A stretch of DNA of 64,000 nt. Source: Pseudomonadota bacterium. GTDB lineage: Bacteria > Pseudomonadota > Gammaproteobacteria > Burkholderiales > Ferrovaceae. The stretch's first letter is position 1. Each line of letters begins with the position of its first letter. A program made the translations under genes and the position numbers. Shown here one piece after another: positions 21,422 to 32,086 of this stretch. The stretch is taken from contig JAJZBQ010000011.1 in the NCBI GenBank assembly GCA_021798835.1, forward strand, positions 7,005 through 71,004. The letters are read 5' to 3'. The notes beneath the pieces are model-generated. The model saw only the letters and a list, made by a program, of their open reading frames with translations, searched no databases and was not told the origin of the DNA.

Positions 21422-23469
21422 GTGGATGGAACTCTCGTTCCAGCATGCTTGCCCAACTCACCCGTTGGGTTGAGTACGGGTGGTTACGGTCACTCGACTT
21501 GGCCTTGGCTCGTTTTCTTGCAGAAGAATTACCCAACATGAGCGCTCCTGATCTCTTGTTGGTGGCCTTGGTCAGCCATCAGTTGGGACGAGGTCATGTC
21601 TCTCTGAATCTGGAAATGGCCCTCGATAATCCTCAACGCACCCTGTCTATTCCTCCAGAAGAAGAGATCGGTACCATCGTCCACGACAATACCCCTGCCC
21701 ATATCCTGCATCAATGGACGGCATCAGAATGGCAAAACCATCTGGATAGTTGTGGTGAATGGCTGGGAAACGCTGCGCTCAATTCACCTCTCAATACCCC
21801 GCTGATGCGTACGGGTATGCATCTGTATCTCACCCGTTACTGGCGCTATGAACAACAAATTACATTAGCCATCCAGCAACGCTTACAATCACCCGGTCAT
21901 ATATACGCATCAAGGGAGCACGTTCGCACCCTACTCAACACCCTTTTTCCAACTTCCGAAACAGGTACCGACTGGCAAAAAGTTTCCTGTGCTCTGGCAT
22001 TGCGTTGTCCCTTTACAATCATCACTGGTGGTCCGGGTACTGGAAAAACCACCACCGTCGTACGCTTGTTAGCGTTACTCCAATCTCTGGCGCTGAGTGA
22101 AACTCAGTACCGCCCGTTGCGAATTCGTCTGGCCACCCCAACGGGCAAGGCAGCAGCTCGTTTAAAAGAATCAATATTAATACAAATCAATTTGTTGCCT
22201 AATATTATCATCAACAATTGTGATGTCCGTGAATACATTCCCAACCAGGTCGTTACCCTGCACCGCCTGCTCGGAGCACAGTCGGATTCACGTGCCTTCC
22301 GCTATAACGCCAGATGTCCATTACCTCTGGATGTGCTGGTAGTGGATGAAGCCTCTATGGTAGATCTGGAAATGATGGCTTCCCTGATGCAGGCTTTGCC
22401 AGACTCAGCAGTACTGATCCTGATCGGCGACAAAGACCAGTTGGCATCCGTGGAAGCCGGATCGATATTGGGCGATCTTTGCCAACGCGCAGAAACAGGT
22501 CACTATACCGCCGATACGATACGATGGATAGAATCCATGAGCGGAGAATCCATTGCCCCTGATTTTCAGGATAACCAAGGATACCTCCTCGACCAGGCCA
22601 TCGTCATGCTGAAGGTCAGTTATCGTTTCACCGCCACCAGTGGGATCGGTCAACTTGCTCAAACCGTCAATCAGGGTGCCGCGCAGGCTTTGACTTCACT
22701 CTGGAAACAGGGCTATTCCGACCTGACACACTACTCTATCCAGAGTCTGGATGACCCCCAGCTAATGACACTGCTACTGGGTCCTGCAAACGCCACCTCA
22801 CCACAAGGTTTGTCTGGCTATCTGCGGCTCCTGGAGATTCCTGCAAATAATACACCCGCCACACTCGATGAGTGGGCCCTCCACATCCTGAAAGTTCATG
22901 GCCAGTTTCAATTGCTTTGCGTACTGCGTCAAGGCCCCTTTGGAGTGGAGGGACTCAATGTCTTGATCGAAAAGATATTGACTGAGCGAGGATGGATCCA
23001 GACAAACGGCCCCTGGTATGTTGGTCGCCCAGTTCTTGTCACGCGCAACGATCCTGGGCTGGGATTGATGAACGGCGATATCGGTATCACCTTGCCTTAC
23101 CCCAATCCCGGAAACTCTACCCTAACCTTGCGCGTAGCATTCCGCGCTAATGATGGCGAGACGATTCGCTGGATCCTGCCTGCACGGTTACCCCACGTAG
23201 AGACAGTCTTTGCTTTGACCGTACATAAATCGCAGGGTTCTGAATTCAATCATGTGGCACTGTTGCTCCCACCCACCCCAACGACGGTGCTCGACCGGGC
23301 TCTCTTATATACCGGAATAACCAGAGCAAAATCACACTTCTCTTTGATTACAATAACAAATAAATCAATCATCGAATCCGCATGTCAACAGATTCAAATG
23401 CGCTCTGGCGGATTATCGAGGATAGGAAAACTCACGACTCCGGCGTGGCCAGCGGAGCCCGATACCTAA
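21418..23469 (+). CDS. recD: Exodeoxyribonuclease V alpha subunit
   Basis: GGPGTGKTT, DEASM, GDKDQLASVEAG, TVHKSQGSE. Confidence 0.96.
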   Translation: MSGWNSRSSMLAQLTRWVEYGWLRSLDLALARFLAEELPNMSAPDLLLVALVSHQLGRGHVSLNLEMALDNPQRTLSIPPEEEIGTIVHDNTPAHILHQWTASEWQNHLDSCGEWLGNAALNSPLNTPLMRTGMHLYLTRYWRYEQQITLAIQQRLQSPGHIYASREHVRTLLNTLFPTSETGTDWQKVSCALALRCPFTIITGGPGTGKTTTVVRLLALLQSLALSETQYRPLRIRLATPTGKAAARLKESILIQINLLPNIIINNCDVREYIPNQVVTLHRLLGAQSDSRAFRYNARCPLPLDVLVVDEASMVDLEMMASLMQALPDSAVLILIGDKDQLASVEAGSILGDLCQRAETGHYTADTIRWIESMSGESIAPDFQDNQGYLLDQAIVMLKVSYRFTATSGIGQLAQTVNQGAAQALTSLWKQGYSDLTHYSIQSLDDPQLMTLLLGPANATSPQGLSGYLRLLEIPANNTPATLDEWALHILKVHGQFQLLCVLRQGPFGVEGLNVLIEKILTERGWIQTNGPWYVGRPVLVTRNDPGLGLMNGDIGITLPYPNPGNSTLTLRVAFRANDGETIRWILPARLPHVETVFALTVHKSQGSEFNHVALLLPPTPTTVLDRALLYTGITRAKSHFSLITITNKSIIESACQQIQMRSGGLSRIGKLTTPAWPAEPDT

Positions 23470-24733
23470 AAATCAATCCCTGCATACCCGTGACATTCTC
23501 CAGAAAAACTTCACCTCCCAGACGACACGCGACATCCCGAGCAATGGACAACCCCAGTCCGCTACCAGAGACCCCGCTACCCAAACGTCGATAAAACGGA
23601 TTGAAAACCCTTTCAAGTTCTTCCTCGGGAATACCAGGACCTTCATCGGTTATCGACCAAATGATCTGTGCTTCCTCACGAACCACACGCAATGTCACAC
23701 CCGTGCCGGGTGGGGAGTAGCGCAAGGCATTATCCAGTCCGTTGCGCAGAATCAGACGCAACCATCGAGGATCGCTGGTCATGATGAGCGCCTCATCTGG
23801 ACAATCCAGCCCCAGATCCATTTGTCGAAGTTCGGCCAACGGCAATACGTCGACAATAACCTCACGGGCCAGGGCAAAGCAGGAAAAGGAACACCGGTCC
23901 ATCTGAGCGGCGGGAATACTCGCATGACTCAGCAACTGCTCGCCCAGCAGGCAGGTCCGATTGATCCCTTCACTGAGAGCTCGCACACGCTCTTCCATCA
24001 CTTTGGGGGTATGCAACTCAAGGTTTTGTACCTGAAGACGTAGAGCGGTCAGCGGGCTACGCAATTCATGGGCGGCTTCAGCGATGAAGCGACGTTGCTG
24101 TTCCAGCAATGTCGCAACACGGCTCAATAACTGATTGATGGAACGAGCAAAAGGAAGAATTTCTGTTGGAATTCCATTTTCAGGGAGTTCAGTCAACTGT
24201 TCCGGCGTGCGACGGTCAACCTCGTTGGCCAGGCGCGTCAACCCCTCCAGTTCGCGCTGCACCCGTCTACCACCCAACCATACCATCAACATCATCAAGG
24301 CCAGCAATGGAGTCAGAGTCAATAAAGCGCTATGAGTGGCAAGATCATTGCGAGCATCGGTCACCTGAGCCACTGCGATCTTGCCATTGGCTACCAAACG
24401 CACAAAAACACGCCAGTCACCATCCGGACCATGAACCGTCTGAAAACCGGGACTCAAACTGACTGAAAGCCAGGGCAAACTGGGTTCTGGCAATTCCGCC
24501 ACCAGAATTCGTGTCTCCAAATCGATTTGGGGATCAATCGGGAATCCTGGGGTTCGTGCCCGATGGAGAAATGCTGTATTGACCAACGCACCAATCTGAC
24601 GCAGCGTATCGTCCTGATAATCTTCTGCTTCCGCGTAAGCGATCCAAAATGCCAACCCACTGGCGAATATCCCAGTCACCAGCCAAGTAATGACCAGTGA
24701 ACGCAACAACTGACCACGCAGAGATCGCGTCAC
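23432..24733 (-). CDS. Sensor histidine kinase (QseC/PmrB-like)
   Basis: AAHELRSPL H-box, NALRYS, DEGPGI, GSGLGL; GTG start overlapping the regulator stop preferred (alternative 24751). Confidence 0.9.
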   Translation of the reverse strand: MTRSLRGQLLRSLVITWLVTGIFASGLAFWIAYAEAEDYQDDTLRQIGALVNTAFLHRARTPGFPIDPQIDLETRILVAELPEPSLPWLSVSLSPGFQTVHGPDGDWRVFVRLVANGKIAVAQVTDARNDLATHSALLTLTPLLALMMLMVWLGGRRVQRELEGLTRLANEVDRRTPEQLTELPENGIPTEILPFARSINQLLSRVATLLEQQRRFIAEAAHELRSPLTALRLQVQNLELHTPKVMEERVRALSEGINRTCLLGEQLLSHASIPAAQMDRCSFSCFALAREVIVDVLPLAELRQMDLGLDCPDEALIMTSDPRWLRLILRNGLDNALRYSPPGTGVTLRVVREEAQIIWSITDEGPGIPEEELERVFNPFYRRLGSGVSGSGLGLSIARDVACRLGGEVFLENVTGMQGLIFRYRAPLATPES

Positions 24734-25389
24734 GGTTTCTCGACGCACCACCCGACTCCACGCACATTGCGAATGATATCCGCCCCCAGTTTGCGACGGA
24801 CTCCATGAATCAGAAAATCCACCACATTGCTTTCCACTTCCTCATTCCAGCCGTATAGTTGATCTTCCAATTCATGCCGGGTGAGAATTTTTCCGGGTTT
24901 TAGCAACAATGCCTGCAATAGCCCAAATTCGCGCGCGCTGAGCGTCACCTCCAGATCACCACGTCGTGCCACCCGGCTTGCGGGATCAAGGCTGACTATA
25001 CCATTCTCCAGTAATCCTGAAGATTGACCGCCCAGGCGACGCGCGACTGCTCGCAAGCGTGCCAATAACTCATCCAGATAAAAGGGTTTGATAAGATAGT
25101 CATCGGCACCATGGTCAAATCCGGCCAGACGTTGCTCCAACGTGTCGCGTGCAGTAAGGATGATCACCGGAATATTTTCTCCTCCCTGGCGCAAGCGCTT
25201 CAAAACCTCCAGTCCGTCCATTCCTGGCAAACCCAGATCCAGCAGGAGAACCTGATAATCGCTGCTGCGTAGTGTGTTGATCACGTTCTGACCAGTGGCC
25301 AGGCGGTCCACGGCATAGGCATGATCGCGTAATGCCAGCATCACCGCCTGCGCGATCATCTCGTCATCCTCTACCAGGAGAATTCGCAT
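24730..25389 (-). CDS. OmpR-family response regulator (QseB/PmrA-like)
   Basis: LLVEDD, LLDLGLP, GADDYLIKPF, winged-helix C-terminus RNVRGVGW. Confidence 0.93.
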   Translation of the reverse strand: MRILLVEDDEMIAQAVMLALRDHAYAVDRLATGQNVINTLRSSDYQVLLLDLGLPGMDGLEVLKRLRQGGENIPVIILTARDTLEQRLAGFDHGADDYLIKPFYLDELLARLRAVARRLGGQSSGLLENGIVSLDPASRVARRGDLEVTLSAREFGLLQALLLKPGKILTRHELEDQLYGWNEEVESNVVDFLIHGVRRKLGADIIRNVRGVGWCVEKP

Positions 25390-25392
25390 CCC

Positions 25393-28300
25393 TCAAACTC
25401 GCGTTTGCCCGGCACGCCGCGCCAGCAGATGAAACAACAGAGGCATCACCACCAGAACCAGAGGCAGTTGCACCACCAGCCCGGCGATGATGGCTACAGC
25501 CAAAGGTTGCTGCATCTGTGCGCCTTCTCCCCAAGCCAGTGCAAGTGGCAACAGAATCAATATGGCTGCCAATGTGGTCATCGTAATGGGGCGCAGACGG
25601 TTGCGCCCCGCTTCGATCAGTGCGGCTTCCCACGGCATGCTCGATGGCAGACGTGTCCACTCGGTAAAGTAAAAGATCGCGACTTCCGTCACTATCCCCA
25701 CGATCATGGTCATGCCCATCATGGCAGAAATATTGATTTCGATCCCACTCAACCACAATCCCATCATGATAGACGCTAAAGCCAGTATCGGCATCACCAT
25801 AACCACCAGTGCAATGCGAAATTGCTCATAAAGACCCAGCAGTAACAGAAATACCAACGCAATGGCCGCCATGAATACCTGTACCAGACCCCGGAATGCT
25901 TCCTGCTGCTGTTGGTACAGACCTCCCAACGCATAGTATCCCCCCGGTGGGGGAACCACCTTGGACAAGGTACGCTGCACATCGCGCACGGTCGATCCCA
26001 TATCGCGACCACTGATGCGTGCCGTCACAGCAATCATGCGCTTCAGGTTGTCTCGGTTGATCTCAGGTTGTCCAATTACCGGCCTCAGGGTGGCAATACG
26101 TGCCATGGGAAACAGATGACCATCCGGGGCACGCAACAAGAGTCGCCGCAATTGATAATCGTTGCGTCGCGCAGATTCGGGAATCCACACACGTACATCA
26201 ATCATCTTGTAACTGGTCTGAATCTGCGTTGCCACTATCCCCGATAATTGAGCAGACAATAATGCCGTGATTTGCGTGGGGTCTACCCCTTCCAGGGCAG
26301 CACGATCACGATCCACCCGTACTTCAAGGGCATCCCCGGCAGGATTAATCCCATTCTTGATGTCCACTACACCCGGAATCTTGGCAATCGCCGCCGCCGT
26401 CGCCAAGGCGGTCTGCTGCAGCGCCTCAGGATCATCGCCATACCATTTGATTTCAATGGGTTCAGGAACTGAAGTCAGATCACCGATCATGTCTTCCATC
26501 AGCTGAGCCAGTTCGATATCCAGGCCAGGCACCTGATGCTCAATCTGCGTCCGAATATTTTCCATAACCGTTTCTATGGGTTGCCGGGGAAACCCTTTCA
26601 GGCGAATAAAAAAATCTCCTTCATTGGCTTCCGTCACTCCACCGCTCAGTTGAGTTCCGGTGCGTCGCGAATAGGTAGCCACATTGGGGTTGGCACGCAG
26701 GATATGTTCCACCTGACGCAACAGGCGATCGGTTTCGGTCAGTGAGGTACCGGGCTGGGAACGATAATCCAGGACAAACCCTCCTTCATCCATGGCCGGC
26801 ATAAAACCGGAACCCACATGACTCCAGGCCAGATAACCTCCTGCCAGCAATGGCACCAAAAACCACAACAATTGCCAGGGACGACGCAGCAACGTTTGCA
26901 TCAGGCGCTCATAAAGCGCATGGATTCGGTGCGTCAGTACCCCCTCATCCTCACGCCCCACTTCATGCATTCCCAAAAATCGGTCAGCCAGCAATGGCAC
27001 CGCTATCCAAGTGACCAGAAAGGATACCACCAGACTGATGGCCATGGTCAGTGATAACGCTTTGAAAAAGGCACCCGTCACCCCATCCAGAAAAGCCAAC
27101 GGGATAAAGATGACCAGCGTTGCCGCTGATGAACCTGCCAATGGTGTCGTAAATTCCAGTGCAGCGCTCATGACTCGGGTGTGACTCACCCAATGGTTAG
27201 AGCGCAAACGGCGGACGATGTGTTCCAGCATGACGATGGCATCATCGATGATCAATCCCACTGCAGCAGCCATACCGCCCAACGTCATGATATTCAGACC
27301 CATATTGAGCATATTAAGAAAAATCATCGCCGTGGCAAGCACAGCCGGAACCACAAAAATCGCAATCAGCGTCACTTTCAGCGTACGCAGAAACAAAAAC
27401 AGCACCAGTGCAGCGAGCACAACACCGATGATAATCGCATCACGCACACTGTTCTCTGCCTGAATGACCAGTTGACTTTGATCATACCAACGCGCCAGAT
27501 GGACCCCAGGGGGCAGCGAGTAGGAGTGCAGGCGACGCTCGATATCCTGGGAGATCTGAACGCTGTTGCCGGCCGGTTGCTGGTAGACATTGAGCAACAC
27601 CGCATCATGACCATCAGCATTGACCCGTATCCATTGAGGAGTAGTGGCACGAGTAACCTCAGCAACATCGCGCACCCGGATAACCCCGGTGGGGGAACTA
27701 CGCAATACCAGCGCACGGATTTCTTCAAGATGCTGCAATCGATTATCGGAAATCCCCAGATAAAGTTTGTAATGATCTTCCAGCCGACCAACAGCAGAAA
27801 CCACGTTGGATGCCGTCAGAACACGAGAAATGTCATCCAGCGTCATGCCGTAGGCCAGTAACCGATCAGGATTCACCGTCAAACGCACTTCTTCCTGAGC
27901 CCCACCTACGGTCTGAATACGCGCCACCCCAGGGACACTGGATAGCAGAGGACGCAACTGATACTGTGCCAGGTCATATAAACGGGTCAGTGGCACCTGA
28001 TCCGAGATCAGGCTATAGGCCATAAATGGAAATACCGTCGGATCCATGTGACGGGTCAACATCGTCGTGCCAGGTGGCAGGGTAGGCAAAATCTGTGCAA
28101 TAGCGGCATTGATCTGCAACGTTGCCAGAGTCATGTCCTGTCCCCAGGGAAAGGTCACTGAAACCTCAGCCGTACCACGACTGGTGGTGGAGCGTACGCC
28201 CTCCACACCTGGCACACGACGCGCGGCTTCTTCCACAGGAATCGTCACCTGCATAGCCATCTGTTCGGCCGGGCGATCACCAGCATCTAGCGTCACCTCA

Positions 28301-28434
28301 ACACGCGGGAAATCTACCTGAGGCAACAGAGTAACAGGCAGATGAAAGGCACTGAACACCCCGGCCACCACCAAGGAAACCAGAAAGAATAACAGCGACC
28401 GACGGTGAAGCAGAATCCACTGTGCCCACTTCAT
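25393..28434 (-). CDS. RND efflux permease subunit
   Basis: 1013 aa; TM4 GLIIDDAIVMLE, RLRPITMTT; substrate not assignable. Confidence 0.93.
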   Translation of the reverse strand: MKWAQWILLHRRSLLFFLVSLVVAGVFSAFHLPVTLLPQVDFPRVEVTLDAGDRPAEQMAMQVTIPVEEAARRVPGVEGVRSTTSRGTAEVSVTFPWGQDMTLATLQINAAIAQILPTLPPGTTMLTRHMDPTVFPFMAYSLISDQVPLTRLYDLAQYQLRPLLSSVPGVARIQTVGGAQEEVRLTVNPDRLLAYGMTLDDISRVLTASNVVSAVGRLEDHYKLYLGISDNRLQHLEEIRALVLRSSPTGVIRVRDVAEVTRATTPQWIRVNADGHDAVLLNVYQQPAGNSVQISQDIERRLHSYSLPPGVHLARWYDQSQLVIQAENSVRDAIIIGVVLAALVLFLFLRTLKVTLIAIFVVPAVLATAMIFLNMLNMGLNIMTLGGMAAAVGLIIDDAIVMLEHIVRRLRSNHWVSHTRVMSAALEFTTPLAGSSAATLVIFIPLAFLDGVTGAFFKALSLTMAISLVVSFLVTWIAVPLLADRFLGMHEVGREDEGVLTHRIHALYERLMQTLLRRPWQLLWFLVPLLAGGYLAWSHVGSGFMPAMDEGGFVLDYRSQPGTSLTETDRLLRQVEHILRANPNVATYSRRTGTQLSGGVTEANEGDFFIRLKGFPRQPIETVMENIRTQIEHQVPGLDIELAQLMEDMIGDLTSVPEPIEIKWYGDDPEALQQTALATAAAIAKIPGVVDIKNGINPAGDALEVRVDRDRAALEGVDPTQITALLSAQLSGIVATQIQTSYKMIDVRVWIPESARRNDYQLRRLLLRAPDGHLFPMARIATLRPVIGQPEINRDNLKRMIAVTARISGRDMGSTVRDVQRTLSKVVPPPGGYYALGGLYQQQQEAFRGLVQVFMAAIALVFLLLLGLYEQFRIALVVMVMPILALASIMMGLWLSGIEINISAMMGMTMIVGIVTEVAIFYFTEWTRLPSSMPWEAALIEAGRNRLRPITMTTLAAILILLPLALAWGEGAQMQQPLAVAIIAGLVVQLPLVLVVMPLLFHLLARRAGQTRV

Positions 28435-29453
28435 CGGTGTTTTTCCTGGACCGCCATGCCATCCTCCAGTTCGTAGTTCCCTTCCACCACCACCGGTAAT
28501 GCAGGATTCAATGGCCCATCGATGCCCGTTACCAGGTCATTTTCAAAAGCGCTAACATCGATACGATGTGCTTTCCGACCCTGAATCTGGAAAACATAGT
28601 GACCCTTCTCATCCTCCAGAACTGCAGCACGCGGAACCGACCACAGCGAGCGGACTTGAGCAGTCAATGTCGCCCGTACTCTGGATCCAAGAATTTGTCC
28701 CGGAGCCGGGGCCAACGCCAGCCAAACCGTCTGCGCTTGTGTCTGAGCATCCATCTGTCCAGACACACTGTCCACTACCGCAGACCAATCATGCCCTGAA
28801 CCAAGCAGGGGACTCACACTCACCGCCATCCCCACGGTCCAGGCGGAAGCTTCTTCTGGAGGCAGACTCAATTGCACCCGAAATGCAGAACCTGATGCCA
28901 GTTGCATTACTGTCACACCAGTTGCCAACCGATCTCCCTGTGCCGCATTCTGGCTCCAAACCACCCCATCATAGGGGGCCCGCACGGTGCTAACAAGCGT
29001 CCCGCTACCCAACTGTTGCTGTGCATTCCAGGCGCTTTCCGCATCTTGTCGTGATTTACGAGCCGCATCACGCTGACTGGCGGTCACCAGGTGTTGGTCG
29101 AATTGTCGTTGCAACCGTGCTTCTTCGCTTTGTGCCAATACCACAGCATTGCGCGCTTGTTCATAGCCTGTGGTCGTCAAAGGATCCGTCACGAAATCGA
29201 ATAACGGATCACCGCGCCGTACCCATTGCCCAACCTGCACACGCCAGTGCTGAACCTGTCCAGCACGCGGCAGGCTGAGACTGTTCAATGCCTTGGCCCC
29301 AGGAACCAAAATGCCATAACCGGTAACAGAAAAGTGCATCGCCACACGCTGTGGAATCTCTGCACGCACCTGTACCGTCCCCTCCTCATCCGCCCGAACT
29401 CCTCCCACCACCCCTACGGCCAGTAGAGTCAAACCCATCACTGCATACTTCAT
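28431..29453 (-). CDS. RND periplasmic adaptor (membrane fusion protein)
   Basis: Signal/anchor, barrel-sandwich VRAPYDG, coiled hairpin; lies between OMF and RND genes. Confidence 0.9.
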   Translation of the reverse strand: MKYAVMGLTLLAVGVVGGVRADEEGTVQVRAEIPQRVAMHFSVTGYGILVPGAKALNSLSLPRAGQVQHWRVQVGQWVRRGDPLFDFVTDPLTTTGYEQARNAVVLAQSEEARLQRQFDQHLVTASQRDAARKSRQDAESAWNAQQQLGSGTLVSTVRAPYDGVVWSQNAAQGDRLATGVTVMQLASGSAFRVQLSLPPEEASAWTVGMAVSVSPLLGSGHDWSAVVDSVSGQMDAQTQAQTVWLALAPAPGQILGSRVRATLTAQVRSLWSVPRAAVLEDEKGHYVFQIQGRKAHRIDVSAFENDLVTGIDGPLNPALPVVVEGNYELEDGMAVQEKHR

Positions 29454-30805
29454 GGTCGTTTCCCTGTATCAAATTCGCTGCCGGACAATGTCAACAAGGC
29501 GACCCGCTCTTCCTGAAGAGCCCCTTCCAATGCCGTTTCCTGTAGGGCACGAGTCAGTCGTGCCTGTTGCAACGAAATCCACGTAGGCAAATCCATATTA
29601 CCTGCTTGAAATGCCAAACCTGCCTGACCCAACAACCGGTCCTGTCCGACAAGGTTATCGCGGACTTGTTGTAAGGTATTATTCTGGATATCCAGATCAG
29701 TCAGTATCTGGCTGATTTCCTGCCATGCCGTCTGGAGGCGCTGCTGATATTCTTCATGCATGCGCTGGCGGGTCGCCGTCTCAATGGCAATGGCCCCGCG
29801 GTTTCGGTTGAATATCGGCAAATTGAGACTCACCGCATAGCCGTGATAATTGGTACCGTTGTTATCACGCGCTTTCAGCAATCCCGCATTGATGGCCGGA
29901 AATTGACCAAGAATCGCTTGCCAAAGACGCTGATCCTCAGCATCATAACCCGCCTGCATGGCAAGCAGATCAGGGCGACGTTGGGCCAGCGTTGGTAGTT
30001 CAGCATTCACTTGTGCCGCTTCGGGAACCACCAGATGATCGTCCCCAACCAAAACCAATCGCGTCATGGGGGGCAGCCCCAGCAAGCGGTTCAAGGCTGC
30101 AGTGTTCTGCGACAGCAATAACTGATTATCACCCAGTTGATGCTGGATATCTGCCAGGTTTCCCTCGTCCAGCGCAAGATTCACGGTGGTCGAATTACCT
30201 TGCTCCAGCGCCCGTCGATCTGCCTCGCAGAGGCGCTGAGCCAACTGCTGTTGCTGTTCCAGTTCATCCTGCATCAAATGTTCGGCACGCAACCTCACGA
30301 ATAGCAGGCGCGCTTCACCGACCACTTGCCATTCCTGCCACAACAGCGCCAAATCGGCTTTACGCACTTCAGCATTTGCCGCAGCCTGACGCGAGTGATG
30401 CAACATCAGAGCACTCAGGTCGTAATTGAGCCCAACGTCGAATGCGATGACATTTTCCCCGGGAGTACCAGTTTCGGGGATTTGTGGCGAGTAACTGAAC
30501 TGTGGATCCGGCAACAGCCCCGCGTCAAAGGCTTGGGCCTGCGCCAACCCCAAATCGGCACGCGCCAGACTCAAATCGGGATTGTTAACCACAGCCAGCA
30601 TGGCCACTTCGGTCATATCCAACCCGTCGCGCGGATCAAAGACATGCGAGGCCAATTCCGGGAAAGGCAACGAATGCGCATCTACCGTAAGGCGCGATAT
30701 ATCCTTGGGCCATGTCGGCCCCGTGTCCAATGGTGCAGCGTGATAAAGGGTGCAGCCCGCCAGTGTCAGTACTACCCCAGCCGCCAGCCATCCTGATATG
30801 TTCAC
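29450..30805 (-). CDS. TolC-family outer membrane efflux lipoprotein
   Basis: LAGC lipobox; RRPDL, LPIFNRNRG repeats. Confidence 0.9.
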   Translation of the reverse strand: MNISGWLAAGVVLTLAGCTLYHAAPLDTGPTWPKDISRLTVDAHSLPFPELASHVFDPRDGLDMTEVAMLAVVNNPDLSLARADLGLAQAQAFDAGLLPDPQFSYSPQIPETGTPGENVIAFDVGLNYDLSALMLHHSRQAAANAEVRKADLALLWQEWQVVGEARLLFVRLRAEHLMQDELEQQQQLAQRLCEADRRALEQGNSTTVNLALDEGNLADIQHQLGDNQLLLSQNTAALNRLLGLPPMTRLVLVGDDHLVVPEAAQVNAELPTLAQRRPDLLAMQAGYDAEDQRLWQAILGQFPAINAGLLKARDNNGTNYHGYAVSLNLPIFNRNRGAIAIETATRQRMHEEYQQRLQTAWQEISQILTDLDIQNNTLQQVRDNLVGQDRLLGQAGLAFQAGNMDLPTWISLQQARLTRALQETALEGALQEERVALLTLSGSEFDTGKRP

Positions 30806-30848
30806 AGGGGTTCTCCAGTAATATGGCTGGCAGTCTATCCCAATAAAA

Positions 30849-32084
30849 TTAGGGGGGAGTTAGCAATCCTCTGGCCATATCACACTGAAGATCGGTAAGC
30901 GCTTCAAGACCTACCGAGAGACGCAACATCCCAGGCGTAATACCCGCTGCCTGACGTGCTTCATCGGTCAATCGCCCATGGGTAGTTGTGGCCGGATGGG
31001 TCAATGTAGATTTGGTATCCCCAAGATTCCCGGTTACCGAAATCATGTGTAATCCATCAATAACACGCCATGCCGCCGCCTGCCCTCCAGCCACCTCAAA
31101 AGTGACCACAGCCCCCCCACTCCCGCCCTGCTGAGCCATGGCCAGTGCATGTTGGGGATGCGAAGGCAACCCGGGGTAGAGAACCCGCACAACACTTGAT
31201 TGTCGCTCCAGCCATTCTGCCATTTCCAGCGCACGCGCGCACTGGGCCTCCATGCGAATAGCCAGGGTTTCCATTCCCTTGAGACAGACCCAGGCATTGA
31301 ACGGGCTCATGGTAGGTCCTGCAGTACGCAAAAACTGGTAAATCGGACTGTCCATGACCAAGGTTCGAGAACCAACGATGGCTCCACCGAGGACGCGCCC
31401 CTGTCCATCAAGATACTTGGTCGCCGAATGCACCACCAGGTCAGCACCCCATTCCAAGGGACGTTGCAGAATGGGGGTACAAAAGCAATTATCCACCACC
31501 AGCAACAGCCCATGCGCATGGGCTATCTCGGACAGGCACGTCAAGTCCGCCAACTCCATGGTGGGATTGGCAGGAGTCTCCACGAAAAACAAACGGGTCT
31601 CCGGACGGATCGCCTGTTGCCAGGCCGAGCCATCGCTCAATGAAACAAAAGTGGTGGTAACACCGAAACGCGCCAAAACCCCCGTCAATAACTGGATCGA
31701 CGAACCAAACAAACTCTGCGACGCGACGACATGATCTCCTGCCTTGAGCAAACCCATCAGGGTGGTCAAGATAGCCGACATACCGCTGGCCGTTGCCAGG
31801 CACACTTCTCCACCCTCCAGTGCCGCCAGACGATCCTGAAAGGCCGTTACCGTGGGATTGGTAAAACGCGAATAGATCATTCCCGGCTCACGGTTGGTAA
31901 ACCGGTCTGCTGCTTGTTGAGCATCCTCGAATACATAACTCGATGTCAAATACAACGCCTCAGAATGCTCGTTAAAAGCGCTGCGTTGAATCCCACAACG
32001 AACCGCCCGTGTTTCCAGCGCCCATTCTCGCTCTTCATCAAAGGATTCCGTTGTGGAACTCAAGGGGCTTCGGTCCATGGTCAT
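30849..32084 (-). CDS. metZ: O-succinylhomoserine sulfhydrylase
   Basis: YSRFTNPT, ASGMSAI, HSATKY (PLP Lys); follows purF as in Pseudomonas. Confidence 0.92.
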   Translation of the reverse strand: MTMDRSPLSSTTESFDEEREWALETRAVRCGIQRSAFNEHSEALYLTSSYVFEDAQQAADRFTNREPGMIYSRFTNPTVTAFQDRLAALEGGEVCLATASGMSAILTTLMGLLKAGDHVVASQSLFGSSIQLLTGVLARFGVTTTFVSLSDGSAWQQAIRPETRLFFVETPANPTMELADLTCLSEIAHAHGLLLVVDNCFCTPILQRPLEWGADLVVHSATKYLDGQGRVLGGAIVGSRTLVMDSPIYQFLRTAGPTMSPFNAWVCLKGMETLAIRMEAQCARALEMAEWLERQSSVVRVLYPGLPSHPQHALAMAQQGGSGGAVVTFEVAGGQAAAWRVIDGLHMISVTGNLGDTKSTLTHPATTTHGRLTDEARQAAGITPGMLRLSVGLEALTDLQCDMARGLLTPP

Positions 32085-32086
32085 CG

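Noticed and set aside
27922-27931. CGCCACCCCA identical to the tRNA-His 3' tail
   Set aside because: 10-mer inside the RND coding sequence in the opposite orientation, so not an att duplicate
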